Below, in pieces: positions 48,573 to 58,119 of a DNA stretch of 64,000 bases. The notes under the pieces were generated by a model that saw only the letters and a list, made by a program, of their open reading frames with translations, did not search any database and was not told the origin of the DNA. Location of the stretch: positions 2,048,001 through 2,112,000 of the forward strand of contig CAXXHO010000003.1 of assembly GCA_963667725.2 (NCBI GenBank). The letters run 5' to 3'. This stretch comes from Treponemataceae bacterium (GTDB taxonomy: Bacteria; Spirochaetota; Spirochaetia; Treponematales; Rectinemataceae). The stretch's first letter is position 1, and each line of letters starts with the position of its first letter. Both the position numbers and the translations under genes were made by a program.

Positions 48573-50821
48573 TCTTCTCCTAAAAGGAAGCCTTTGTGCA
48601 GGCTGACCTGCATTACCGAACCGACCCGGATCGAAATGGGGGCGCCGCTCGCCACGTCCTCTCCCTCGAGCACGTAGTCCTTCTCGGTTTTCCGAAGGTT
48701 CACCGGCCTTACGGCCACGGTTCTTATCTCGCCATCGATCGCCCATCGTATATCGAGCCTTGAATACTTGGCTTTGAGGGCGGCCTGGATGACGCGCACT
48801 TTTCCGTTGAAATCCAGTCCGCGCGCGGAAAGCCCGGCTTCGGAATACCTCGCGACATGGCCCGTTTTGGAGTCAGCGGTTTCCGATCCAACCATAGCAT
48901 GGAGTTGGGGAAGGGTATAGATCAGTTTTCGCTTCAGCCTTTCCTCCAGTCTTTTCCTGAATTCGGGCGTGATGGGAAGCCTATTTATTTCAGAGACCAG
49001 AACAGGTTCCGGGTCTATGGCTTCATCGGCCGCGAAGGCCAATGTGCCCGGCTCGGCGAAATCCATAGTCGCCCCTAGATTCCCGAAATCGGTCTCTGTA
49101 ACCGCGTCATGCGCTTCGCGCGCGGTGTCGTAATGTGTGGTGTCGTTATGCGCCAGGTCGCCCTGCGCCGCGTCGCCGCGCGCCGCCTCGCCAGCATGGG
49201 CAGGAGTGCCCCCCGCGCCTCCCGGCGCGCGGCGGTTCTTCCCCGAAGCCGCCTTCGCCGAGCTGCGCATCGCCGGCGGAGGCAAGCCTATATCGACCAG
49301 GGCCTTCTCGATGATCGAAGCCTGGATCGTTCCGAAAAAATAAATCCCCTCGCCCAGCATCTCGTGGGGAAACCGCGAAAGCGTCCCGCTCTGCTCGATG
49401 ATCTTGGCCGAACTTTTGTCGGCCGAAAGCACATACCCGCGGAAAAGCCTTATGGAATTATACTCCTCTTCCCAGGCGCGGATATCGAAGCTTAAGGCTT
49501 GGGGAACAGGCATGCCGCTCATCCTTCCAAGCATTCGCTCGATATCCTCTATGGACCGGCCGGAGGCGAAGGCCCTCCTGATCGAAGCGCGCGTCAAGGT
49601 AATTTCCCAGGCTCCCGACGCGGCGACAAGTATTCCAATATCGAGCAACGCGACGATATCGCGTATCGAAGCGGAGGGCAGGATATGAATAAGACCGGAA
49701 CCATCGACGGAGATCGCGGCATGGGCGTCCTCGGAAGTTATGCGCCATTGAACCGACAACCTCTCGGGTACGCACTGGAGCCCGTCTTCCCTTTCCTCAA
49801 GGAGGCCGAAAGTCCTGAGGGCAGTCGCGACGGCCTCGGAAAATTCATCGGAAACGTTGCCATCCGGCAGAAGGCGAATGAACCTGCCAAGCCCCGAAGG
49901 CGAGAAGGAAAAACGCTTCCCGAAGAAAGGAGCGAAGGAATGAGCGAGCATGCCGCTCTGCGTGGCGCCCGGATTGCCGGCCGTCAGACCGACGAGGGCA
50001 AAAGCGAAATCGCCGGAATGCGAAACGAGCAGTTCGGAAAAAGCCTTGAAATCCGCTGACATCCCATGCTCGTCCCTCGAGGCGATCTTCGCGGCCAGAA
50101 GCGCGTGGATAATCGCTTCCACGATGCCGGCGCCGGCCGGATCCCCCGGAAAAAGAAGCGAGAGCCTCTTCCTTGCGCGAATCGAGAGCTGGCCGCTCTT
50201 CAGGAGAATATCGCGGTACTCCTTGAGAAGGGCATAGGCTATAAGCCCCAAATCCTGCACCGAAAGCAGCGCGGGCGGCGGCCCCTCGCGGAGGAACTCC
50301 CGCGCCTCGGCGGCTTTCCCCGACTCGGCCTCCTCCGTATCGCCCCCCCCCATCGGCCGCTCCCCTGAATCGTTTCCGAAGAGAATATCGGCGCGCGCCG
50401 CGCCCGCCCGCGCGGCCGCGGAAAAGAAAGGATTCACCGCGTAGATATTTTCCTTCACGCTGAAAATGAGCAGACGCTCGCCCAGGTTCGCCAGCCTGTA
50501 GTCCAGCTCATGGTAGGAAACCTCCCCCGCGAGGCTTTTCTGCAGCAGAAGCCTGTCGGCCTCGCCGGCCACGTAAATCGTTCCGACAATAAGCTTGTCG
50601 AGCCTGTCCATCATGGCCACGGCGGCGCGCTGGACCTCGGGAGCCGACAGCATGGCGCCCAGGCTGCTGACAATCTTTTCCTTGTCGGCCGCGACGCGTT
50701 CGCTCTGTCCCAGATAATTGCGGGCGAGCCCCTGGAGCCGGCCCGCGTTGTCGTTGAGCATCGTCTCGCGCCACTGCGCGATCCACATTTCATTCATAGT
50801 ATCGATATTCACTATTTTCAC
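48569..50821 (-). CDS. XPB-associated protein: Helicase_C_3-like domain plus C-terminal WYL-like domain
   Basis: ITLTRASIRRAFASG…L…PVPQAL..DIRAW segment; C-terminal beta-rich RTVAVRPVNL…VLEG…IRVGSV; GTGA overlap with XPB stop. Confidence 0.65.
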   Translation of the reverse strand: MKIVNIDTMNEMWIAQWRETMLNDNAGRLQGLARNYLGQSERVAADKEKIVSSLGAMLSAPEVQRAAVAMMDRLDKLIVGTIYVAGEADRLLLQKSLAGEVSYHELDYRLANLGERLLIFSVKENIYAVNPFFSAAARAGAARADILFGNDSGERPMGGGDTEEAESGKAAEAREFLREGPPPALLSVQDLGLIAYALLKEYRDILLKSGQLSIRARKRLSLLFPGDPAGAGIVEAIIHALLAAKIASRDEHGMSADFKAFSELLVSHSGDFAFALVGLTAGNPGATQSGMLAHSFAPFFGKRFSFSPSGLGRFIRLLPDGNVSDEFSEAVATALRTFGLLEEREDGLQCVPERLSVQWRITSEDAHAAISVDGSGLIHILPSASIRDIVALLDIGILVAASGAWEITLTRASIRRAFASGRSIEDIERMLGRMSGMPVPQALSFDIRAWEEEYNSIRLFRGYVLSADKSSAKIIEQSGTLSRFPHEMLGEGIYFFGTIQASIIEKALVDIGLPPPAMRSSAKAASGKNRRAPGGAGGTPAHAGEAARGDAAQGDLAHNDTTHYDTAREAHDAVTETDFGNLGATMDFAEPGTLAFAADEAIDPEPVLVSEINRLPITPEFRKRLEERLKRKLIYTLPQLHAMVGSETADSKTGHVARYSEAGLSARGLDFNGKVRVIQAALKAKYSRLDIRWAIDGEIRTVAVRPVNLRKTEKDYVLEGEDVASGAPISIRVGSVMQVSLHKGFLLGEE

Positions 50822-52499
50822 TCATCCCATGTTTCGATCGCATAACGGTACCCTTGTTCGATGAGGAACCGTCTGCGGTTGTCGGCGAACTCTTCTTCCA
50901 CGCTGTAGCGTGAAACCAGAGAATAGAAAAAGCTGTTCTGCTGTTTGGGCCTCAGTATTCGGCCCAGCCGCTGCGCTTCCTCCTGCCTGCTGCCGAACGA
51001 GCCGGAAACCTGGATGGCCACCGAGGCGTCGGGCAGATCGATGGCGAAGTTGGCTACCTTCGAGACGACCAGAAGCCTGATCTCCCCGGTTCTGAAAGCC
51101 GCATACAAGGTCTCCCGCTCGGCCTCCGGCGTCGCGCCCGTGATGAGGGGAGCCTTGAGCAGCGCGGCGTAGCGCTTGAGCTGCTCGATATACTGTCCTA
51201 TGACTAGAATGCCTTCGCCCGCGTGATGCTCGGCCAGCGCGACCACGACATCTTCCTTCATGGGATTCTCCGCGGCGATGCGGATCTTCGCGCGCTGGGT
51301 GGCCACGGCGTAGGCAAGCCTCGTATCGTCGTTCATCTGGATGCGAACTTCCCTGCACCATGCTTCCGCTATGAAGCCCTTCTTCTCGAGCTCTTTCCAG
51401 GGCACGTCATAGCGCTTGGGTCCTATGAGGCAGAAGACATCCTCTTCCTTGCCGTCTTCCCTCACGAGGGTAGCCGTCAGGCCGAGGCGCCGCACGGCCT
51501 GCAGTTCGGCCACCACCCTGAAGACCGGCGCCGGGAGCAGGTGGACTTCGTCGCAGACGATGAGGCCCCAGGGTTCGCGCCGCAAAATGCCGAAATGCGG
51601 AAAGTCTGCGTTCTTGTCGGGGCGCCAGGTGAGAATCTGGTAGGTCGCTATGGTGATGGGTTTGATCGTCTTGCTGGCGCCCGTGTATTCCCCGATCATA
51701 TCGGGGTCTATATCAGTCTTGGCGAGGAGTTCGTCCCTCCATTGGTGGACGGCGGCTATGTTCGTCGTGATGACGAGGGTGGTCCGCCCCACGGCCGCCA
51801 TGGCCGCCATGCCGACGATAGTCTTTCCCGACCCGCAGGGCAGGACGATGACGCCGTACCCGCTGCCGGGGCGATTGCCCCCGATAAAGGAAGTGACCGC
51901 TTCGATCTGGTAAGGACGCATGCTCCAGCCGGTCTCGGCATCCCCGAATTTAAGGGCCAAAGGCAGGGGACTGCCGTCCCTCAGCGAGGCTTCGTCCTGG
52001 ACTGGCCAGCCACGTTTCAGGAGCTCGATCTTCACCGTTCCTCGGTCGACGAGACGAAGCGAAATCCCTCCTTGCAGGGCGAAAGCCATTTGCCCAGGCC
52101 TCGGTCAGAGCGTATCTGGCGCTCCAGTGTCGAATCGCGGCAGACGAGGATGAGGCGCGGCACGGCCTCCGGGGACTCGTCCTTGGCGTCGATCAGGACG
52201 AGGGCGCCGAAACGGGCCATGGTGTCCTTCACGATGAAGGGAATGTCCCGCGGCAGATCGTAGCGCGTGAAGCCGGAAAGCGAGGCCACCACGTCATCGG
52301 GGGTCAGTCCCGCCGCCGCGGCGTTCCACAGGGAAAGCGGCGTTATGCGATAGGTATGGAGATGCTCGGGGCTCTTCTCGAGCAGGGCGAAGGTGCCCAG
52401 GGCTTCCCTCGCCTCTTCGAAACGGGGAGCGTGGACATCGAGAAGGACCGAGAGATCGCTCTGCACGATCATCGGTCCTGAATTCGGCGTTGCGTTCAT
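50818..52499 (-). pseudogene. XPB/Rad25-type SF2 DNA helicase split by a 1-nt frameshift near 52063
   Basis: N-part PMIVQSD…KSPEHLHTYRITPLSLWNA; C-part RPYQ, LPCGSGKT, DEVH, GLTAT, GSRQEEAQRLGRILR; adding one base at GGATTT^CG joins the frames. Confidence 0.8.
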
Positions 52500-52533
52500 T
52501 CGGGGCGTTTTCCTATGGAAAAATATTCTTTCA

Positions 52534-53895
52534 TCATGGCAGGAGGAGGATCTGCGTATCGCAGACATTGGTGCCGGTCGGTCCGGTCATGAGGAGACCA
52601 TCGATACCCGAGAAAAAATGATAGGAATCATTGTCGGCGAGAAAGCGCTTCGGATCGAGCCCCGCCGCCCTCGCTTTCTTCAGGAGGGAATTCGAAGCGA
52701 AGGCGCCCGCCGCGTCGGTTGGCCCGTCGTTTCCGTCGGTTCCCGCCGAGAGGAAAACCAGATCCTCATGTCCCGGACGGGAAGAATCCAAAGCCGCCAT
52801 GACAGCCAACGCCATTTCCTGGCTGCGGCCGCCCAGACCTTCGCCCCTCAGGGTAACGGTCGTCTCACCGCCGGCGAGGATGCAGGCGGGACGCCGCAGG
52901 GGAAGTCCGTACTGAGCCATGTCTTCCGCCAACGCGACGAAAAGCTTGGCCACTTCGCGCGCCTCGCCTTCTATGCGGGAGGAAAGGAGAAGCGTGCCGT
53001 AGCCTCGTTTCCTTGCCTCTTCCTCGGCGCTTTTCAGGGCGAGCATATTGTTGCCGACGAGAACGGTTCTCGTCCTGTCGAAAACGGGGGATCCGGGCTT
53101 GGGCGTATCGGCCCTGCCTCCCGCCAGTCCCTCCTCGAAAACGTCGCGCACCGTGACGGGAAGCTTCTCCCAGACGCCGCGCTCGGCCAGGACGCGCCGC
53201 GCCTGCGCCCAGGTGGAAGAATCGGGCACTGTCGGTCCCGAGGCGATGGCGTCCAGATGGTCGCCGATCACGTCCGAGAGAATGAGGGAGAGAACCGAAG
53301 CCGGCGCGAAGGCTTCAGCCAGCCTTCCTCCCTTTATCGCCGAAAGATGCTTCCGCACCGCGTTCATCTCCTGGATGGTGGCGCCGCTCCCTAGAAGAAG
53401 CCTCGTGGCGTCAGCCTTGTCCTCCAGGCTTAGCCCCTCGGCCGGCGCCGCGAGCAGGGCCGAGCCGCCGCCGGAAATCAGCACGATGACGAGTGTGGGT
53501 TCGCCCAAAGCCTCATAGCGGCGCGCTTTCGCCGCCAGGTTCAGGATCTCCCTGCCAGCATCCTCCGATCTCGCGTCGGGGACGGGATGTCCCGCCTCGG
53601 CGAGGCGAAGCCTGGAACATTCGACGCCCGCGAGCGCCTTGGTCACGACGAAACCATCCTCGATCCGGTCGCCCAGAATGCCTTCAAGCCCCTTGGCCAG
53701 CAGGGCGGAAGCCTTGCCCATGCCCGCGACGATTATATGCCAATAGTCGGCGAGAGCATATTCGAAAGAACCTTCCGCGTGACGCAGGGTAAGGGTGTCT
53801 CCTTTCAGCGAGAGGGCGTGATCGAGGAGGCGTCGGGGATCGACGCGCTCGACGGCTTTCAGGAATATTCCCCTGGTGTCATCGTAGGGATTCAT
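52534..53895 (-). CDS. Glycerate 2-kinase (MOFRL/TtuD family)
   Basis: GMGKA, AGHPVPD, ISGGGSALL, IASGPT, GGETTV, GTDGNDG, TGTNVCD. Confidence 0.9.
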   Translation of the reverse strand: MNPYDDTRGIFLKAVERVDPRRLLDHALSLKGDTLTLRHAEGSFEYALADYWHIIVAGMGKASALLAKGLEGILGDRIEDGFVVTKALAGVECSRLRLAEAGHPVPDARSEDAGREILNLAAKARRYEALGEPTLVIVLISGGGSALLAAPAEGLSLEDKADATRLLLGSGATIQEMNAVRKHLSAIKGGRLAEAFAPASVLSLILSDVIGDHLDAIASGPTVPDSSTWAQARRVLAERGVWEKLPVTVRDVFEEGLAGGRADTPKPGSPVFDRTRTVLVGNNMLALKSAEEEARKRGYGTLLLSSRIEGEAREVAKLFVALAEDMAQYGLPLRRPACILAGGETTVTLRGEGLGGRSQEMALAVMAALDSSRPGHEDLVFLSAGTDGNDGPTDAAGAFASNSLLKKARAAGLDPKRFLADNDSYHFFSGIDGLLMTGPTGTNVCDTQILLLP

Positions 53896-54578
53896 CACTT
53901 CTTTCCTTTCATTCCTTTTGCGATAAGGCGTTTCGCCAGATCCAGATTGCGCGCGAGCTGGATGCTCCTCGAAATATTGAAGGCCCTTTCGAACAGCTCG
54001 GCCGCTTCAGCCGGTTTTTTCATGGTATTGAGATAAATCGACCCCGCGTTGTTCAGAGCCGGCCAATTGGTTTCATCCAGCTCGAAGGAACGGAGGAACT
54101 CTTCTATGGCCTTTTCGTGGTCGCCCTGGTCGCGCAGGACCTGTGCCTCCCCGAATACTTTCATGGATACTCGGGTTCTGGCGAAGGACTTTTCATCGGC
54201 GCAGGCGAGACGCCTTTTCTCGATGAGAGGACGCAGGGCTTCGGCCTTTCCGCCGGGGGCGCATTCGGGCTCGTTCAGGGCGAGAGAGTAGCGCTTTTCG
54301 GCTTCCTTTCTCTTGCCCATGGCATAGGCGAGATCGGCGAGGGCGGAATGGCGATGGAAGGTGCGGCCGTAAAGCTTCTCTTCCTTGAGCAGATAGCGTT
54401 CGGCGCCCTCGGCGTCCCCCTTGGCCATGAGAATGATCCCTAGGTTTCTGAGTACGCTGATCGAATTCGGTTCCTTGGTTTCCAGCTTGCGGAACCACTT
54501 CTCGGCTTTGTCGTAATTGCCGGAAATATAGGCATTAAGGCCAAAACGTTCGTATAGGTTGGGGAAAAATCCTTGCAT
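53895..54578 (-). CDS. Tetratricopeptide repeat protein
   Basis: TPR-like helices (RNLGIILMAKGD…AE.YL; NNAGSIY…A.ELFERA); start uncertain. Confidence 0.75.
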   Translation of the reverse strand: MQGFFPNLYERFGLNAYISGNYDKAEKWFRKLETKEPNSISVLRNLGIILMAKGDAEGAERYLLKEEKLYGRTFHRHSALADLAYAMGKRKEAEKRYSLALNEPECAPGGKAEALRPLIEKRRLACADEKSFARTRVSMKVFGEAQVLRDQGDHEKAIEEFLRSFELDETNWPALNNAGSIYLNTMKKPAEAAELFERAFNISRSIQLARNLDLAKRLIAKGMKGKK

Positions 54579-54626
54579 CCCTATAATGTCCCACAAAAGC
54601 CCGGTCAATGTACAGAGCCGAGACCT

Positions 54627-55727
54627 TCAGCCTCCCTCTCCTTTCGTAATCGTGAGGGCTATGGGAAGATGGTCCGAAAAGCCCGAAAAGCCGTTCCAAG
54701 CGGCCGGATGGCCATTTTCGTCGAAAAGCGAAGGATCCTCGTTCACCATGAAGCGGAGAAATTCCGGTCCCTTGCCGTCGAGGAGGGCGGGACCGAGAAG
54801 AAAACCGTCGAGACGCTCCTCCTCGCCGCCGAATATGTAGCTGAACCCCTCATTCCCGTACCAGGGTGAATAGAGAACCGTCCCCTCTCCGCCCAGGGAA
54901 AGGTCAGACGGTCGTCCCGAAACGCGAATCACCCCATCGAGCCAATCTTCAGGAACGCCGCCGCTTCCAGGTTCCGGGGAGTACGATGATCCGCGGGGAT
55001 CGGGCATGAAGGCGGTGGGATACCTTCCCCCCGCCCTTTCGAACTCATCGGGCGATTCGTTGAAATCGCCGCAGACGACGACGCAGCGCCCGGGATCGGC
55101 GGCGATTATCTCGGCGATCCGCCTCGCGACCAAGGCGGAGGACGCGCGGCGCGCCACTTCTGTCACGGCCGGCCCTTCCCTGCGCGATTTCCAGTGGCAG
55201 ACGAACAGCGTCAGGCGGCTTCCCTTTGCGTTGAGATCGAAGGTAGCCTCGAGAACGTCCCTGCTCGGCCCGAAGCCCCACGTGTCGGCGAGGGCATGCG
55301 CCCTCAGCGAAGCGAAAGGATAGCGGGACAGGATGCCGCACTTGATGGCCGATCCGGCCGGCCCGCCGAGGGCGATCCAGCGATAGCCTCCCGCCTTGAG
55401 CGCCCCGCGCGCGAGGTCGGTTAGCACTTTTTCGCTTTCCAGTTCCTGAAGGCAGATAATGTCGGGCGTCCGGTCGCCTTCCGGGAAAAAAGAGCGGAGC
55501 GCCGCTGCGGTATTTTCCAGCCTCTTGCCGTAAAGGTCGGCGTTCCATTTCCCCGAACTCAAGGAGAATTCCGGGTACTCGTTTCCGTCATCCACGGCAT
55601 CGAAAAGGTTGTGCGCATTATAGGATACGATGGTGAGCTCGGGAGATTCGCGGTTCTCCCAGGGCATGGAACAGGTGGATCCCGATAAAAAGGCGATGGC
55701 GGCGATGAAAAAAAGGCGAACGCGCAT
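54627..55727 (-). CDS. Exported endonuclease/exonuclease/phosphatase (EEP) family protein
   Basis: SYNAHNLFD, LQE, HWKS, GDFN, SDHLP; N-terminal hydrophobic signal. Confidence 0.88.
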   Translation of the reverse strand: MRVRLFFIAAIAFLSGSTCSMPWENRESPELTIVSYNAHNLFDAVDDGNEYPEFSLSSGKWNADLYGKRLENTAAALRSFFPEGDRTPDIICLQELESEKVLTDLARGALKAGGYRWIALGGPAGSAIKCGILSRYPFASLRAHALADTWGFGPSRDVLEATFDLNAKGSRLTLFVCHWKSRREGPAVTEVARRASSALVARRIAEIIAADPGRCVVVCGDFNESPDEFERAGGRYPTAFMPDPRGSSYSPEPGSGGVPEDWLDGVIRVSGRPSDLSLGGEGTVLYSPWYGNEGFSYIFGGEEERLDGFLLGPALLDGKGPEFLRFMVNEDPSLFDENGHPAAWNGFSGFSDHLPIALTITKGEGG

Positions 55728-55799
55728 TCCCTTTTTGCCTCCCTGAGGGACAGTCCCTCAAGAATGGAACGCGCGCGGACGGAAATCCTGATTCAGAAA

Positions 55800-56417
55800 T
55801 CAGAGAGGCAGTTCGTCCCTCGTGGAGATTGTCTTTTCGATGAGTCCGTAGGCCACCGCTTCCTTGGAGTTCATCCAGTAATCCCTGTCGGTGTCCCTCG
55901 AAACGCGCTCGAGACTCTGGCCCGTGGCCTCGGCGATTATCTCGTTGAGCCTTTCCTTCGTCTTTTCGAGTTCCCTGGCGTGGATCTCTATCTCGGTGGC
56001 CACGCCCTGGATCCCGGAAAGGGGCTGGTGAATGAGGTAGGAAGAATTCGGCAGGCCATAGCGCCTTTCCTTGGGAACAGCGAGAAGGATGAGGGCGGCG
56101 GCGCTGGCGATGAGCCCCATGCCCACGATGCGCACGGGAGCCTTGATGAATCGTATCATGTCAAAAATGGAAAAGCCCGCGTAGACATCGCCTCCGGGCG
56201 AATCGATCAGGATCGTGATAGGATCCGGGGAAATGCTCTCGAGCAGCAGAAGGTGGCGTATCACCTTTTCCGACAGGTCTTTGTCGACTTCTCCGGTGAG
56301 GAGAATCGTGCGGGTTTTAAGGAAGCGTTCCGACATCACCTCTTCCGGTTTCTGGGGAGTCTTCTTCTCGTCGTTTTCAGGCTCGTCGGCCGCGATAACT
56401 GAAGCTATAGCTCTCAT
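55800..56417 (-). CDS. clpP: ATP-dependent Clp protease proteolytic subunit
   Basis: IDSPGG, GLIASAA, IHQP, DTDRDYW. Confidence 0.93.
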   Translation of the reverse strand: MRAIASVIAADEPENDEKKTPQKPEEVMSERFLKTRTILLTGEVDKDLSEKVIRHLLLLESISPDPITILIDSPGGDVYAGFSIFDMIRFIKAPVRIVGMGLIASAAALILLAVPKERRYGLPNSSYLIHQPLSGIQGVATEIEIHARELEKTKERLNEIIAEATGQSLERVSRDTDRDYWMNSKEAVAYGLIEKTISTRDELPL

Positions 56418-56594
56418 AGGAACTCCATGTCTGTTTTTAGGCGCTTAGAACAAGATACTCTTTTTTTGCCTGACGCGACAACCAGCGAGGCGGGAACGCG
56501 GCGAGCGAGGGCGGCTGAGTGCCTCCCAAAGGCCCCCTTGCCTTAGGCTATTCATTATATTAGATTTTTCATATCTTTAAGAAAGAGGTCCATT

Positions 56595-57149
56595 ATGGGA
56601 AGAAAATATTTCGCCGCCACGGCGGCCGCCCTATTGATAGCGTTGGTCGTCCTGCCTGTTTCGGGAGCATCAGCCAAGCCCTGGTACGCGCCCAGGCTTG
56701 AGAAACTCGGATTCTACGTGTTCGATCCGCCCTTTACCTTCCAGGATTTCAAGGTGACGAACCTATCCGGCGCGGAAAAAGCCAGGACCAGCGTCAAAGG
56801 CAAGGTGGTCCTCCTGAACTTCTGGGCTACCTGGTGCCCCCCCTGCAAGGAAGAAATCCCCAGCATCGAAGCGCTCTCCAAAACCATGAAGGGCAAGAGT
56901 TTCGAAGTCTTCGCCGTCAGCGTGGGCGAAGACGCGGCCACGGTAAAATCCTTCGTGGCGGAGCAGAAAATGACCTACCCCATCTATCTCGACCCCAGGA
57001 ACAGCCTTTCCGCCACCTATGCCTCGCAGGGCATACCGACCACCTACCTTCTGGACAAGGACGGTCGGTTCATCGCTGGACTAGTGGGCAGCTATGACTA
57101 CGCCAACGCCGAATTCGTAGGCTTCCTGAATGAGCTGGCCCAGAAATGA
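56595..57149 (+). CDS. TlpA/ResA-like thiol-disulfide oxidoreductase
   Basis: Signal/TM; LLNFWATWCPPC..E.P; GIPTT. Confidence 0.92.
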   Translation: MGRKYFAATAAALLIALVVLPVSGASAKPWYAPRLEKLGFYVFDPPFTFQDFKVTNLSGAEKARTSVKGKVVLLNFWATWCPPCKEEIPSIEALSKTMKGKSFEVFAVSVGEDAATVKSFVAEQKMTYPIYLDPRNSLSATYASQGIPTTYLLDKDGRFIAGLVGSYDYANAEFVGFLNELAQK

Positions 57150-58108
57150 ACGCGCCGGGGCTCTTCTCCGCCGGCTTGGCCGGGCTGCTTTCCTTCCTGT
57201 CGCCTTGCGTTCTCCCTCTGGTTCCGGCCTATCTGTCCTTCATCTCGGGGACGACCGCCGCCGAACTCTCGGGAGGACATTCGCGCGGAAAAATCTTCGT
57301 GAGGAGCCTCGCGTTTTCCCTGGGTTTCACCCTCGCCTTCACCATCCTCGGCATCATTTTCTCAGGCGGCGCCATGTTCGTGGGCCAGGGGGGAGCCTCC
57401 CGGTACGTCGACATCGCGGGAGGCATCCTCGTCATCTTCCTGGGATTCAACCTCATCTTTGATTTCATGAAGTTCCTGAATGCCGACTCGCGCCTCATCG
57501 GGAGATTCACTGGCCAAAAAGGAGGCGGAATCCTGAGCTCCACCCTCCTCGGCCTGGCCTTCGCGGCGGGCTGGTCGCCCTGCATAGGCCCGATATTGGC
57601 TTCCATCCTTCTTTATGCCGGTAGGGAAAGAAACATCCCCGGCGCCATGATCCTTCTTCTTTCCTACTCCCTCGGCTTCGCCATTCCATTCCTCCTCACC
57701 GGCCTGTTCTTCGACAGGCTCAAGCCTCTTCTTTCTTTTTTCTCGAGGCACGGCAAGGCGGTACGGGGCGTTTCGGGCATCGTTCTCATCCTCTTCGGCG
57801 CGGCCATGGCCATGGGGAGTCTGGGTTCCCTGACCTCGCTGGCGGCCAAGGCGGGCTATGGTCTTGAGAGCTTTATTAAAAACCGACCGGATTTCGCCCG
57901 CTTTCTCGCCGCGGGAATATGGGCGATCATCGCGGCGGCCATGGCGCTGCCTCTTCTGCTCAGCGGGAAGAAAAAGTTTTCATCGAGACGAAAAATCGTG
58001 GTGTCGGGTTTGGCTATAGCGGCTGCCCTGCTGGCCGCCGCGGAACTCGCGGGAATATTCTCCACCTTCGCGCTCGTCGCGCGCTGGCTGACTTTTTCGG
58101 GAATCTAG
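57146..58108 (+). CDS. ccdA: CcdA/DsbD-family transmembrane electron transporter
   Basis: SFLSPCVLPLVP, GWSPCIGPIL; ATGA overlap with TlpA gene. Confidence 0.88.
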   Translation: MNAPGLFSAGLAGLLSFLSPCVLPLVPAYLSFISGTTAAELSGGHSRGKIFVRSLAFSLGFTLAFTILGIIFSGGAMFVGQGGASRYVDIAGGILVIFLGFNLIFDFMKFLNADSRLIGRFTGQKGGGILSSTLLGLAFAAGWSPCIGPILASILLYAGRERNIPGAMILLLSYSLGFAIPFLLTGLFFDRLKPLLSFFSRHGKAVRGVSGIVLILFGAAMAMGSLGSLTSLAAKAGYGLESFIKNRPDFARFLAAGIWAIIAAAMALPLLLSGKKKFSSRRKIVVSGLAIAAALLAAAELAGIFSTFALVARWLTFSGI

Positions 58109-58119
58109 CGGATAGGCGC

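Noticed and set aside
48573..48746. N-terminal extension of the NYN ORF
   Set aside because: Lies inside the upstream gene; ATGA overlap and SD AGGAG support a start at 48572
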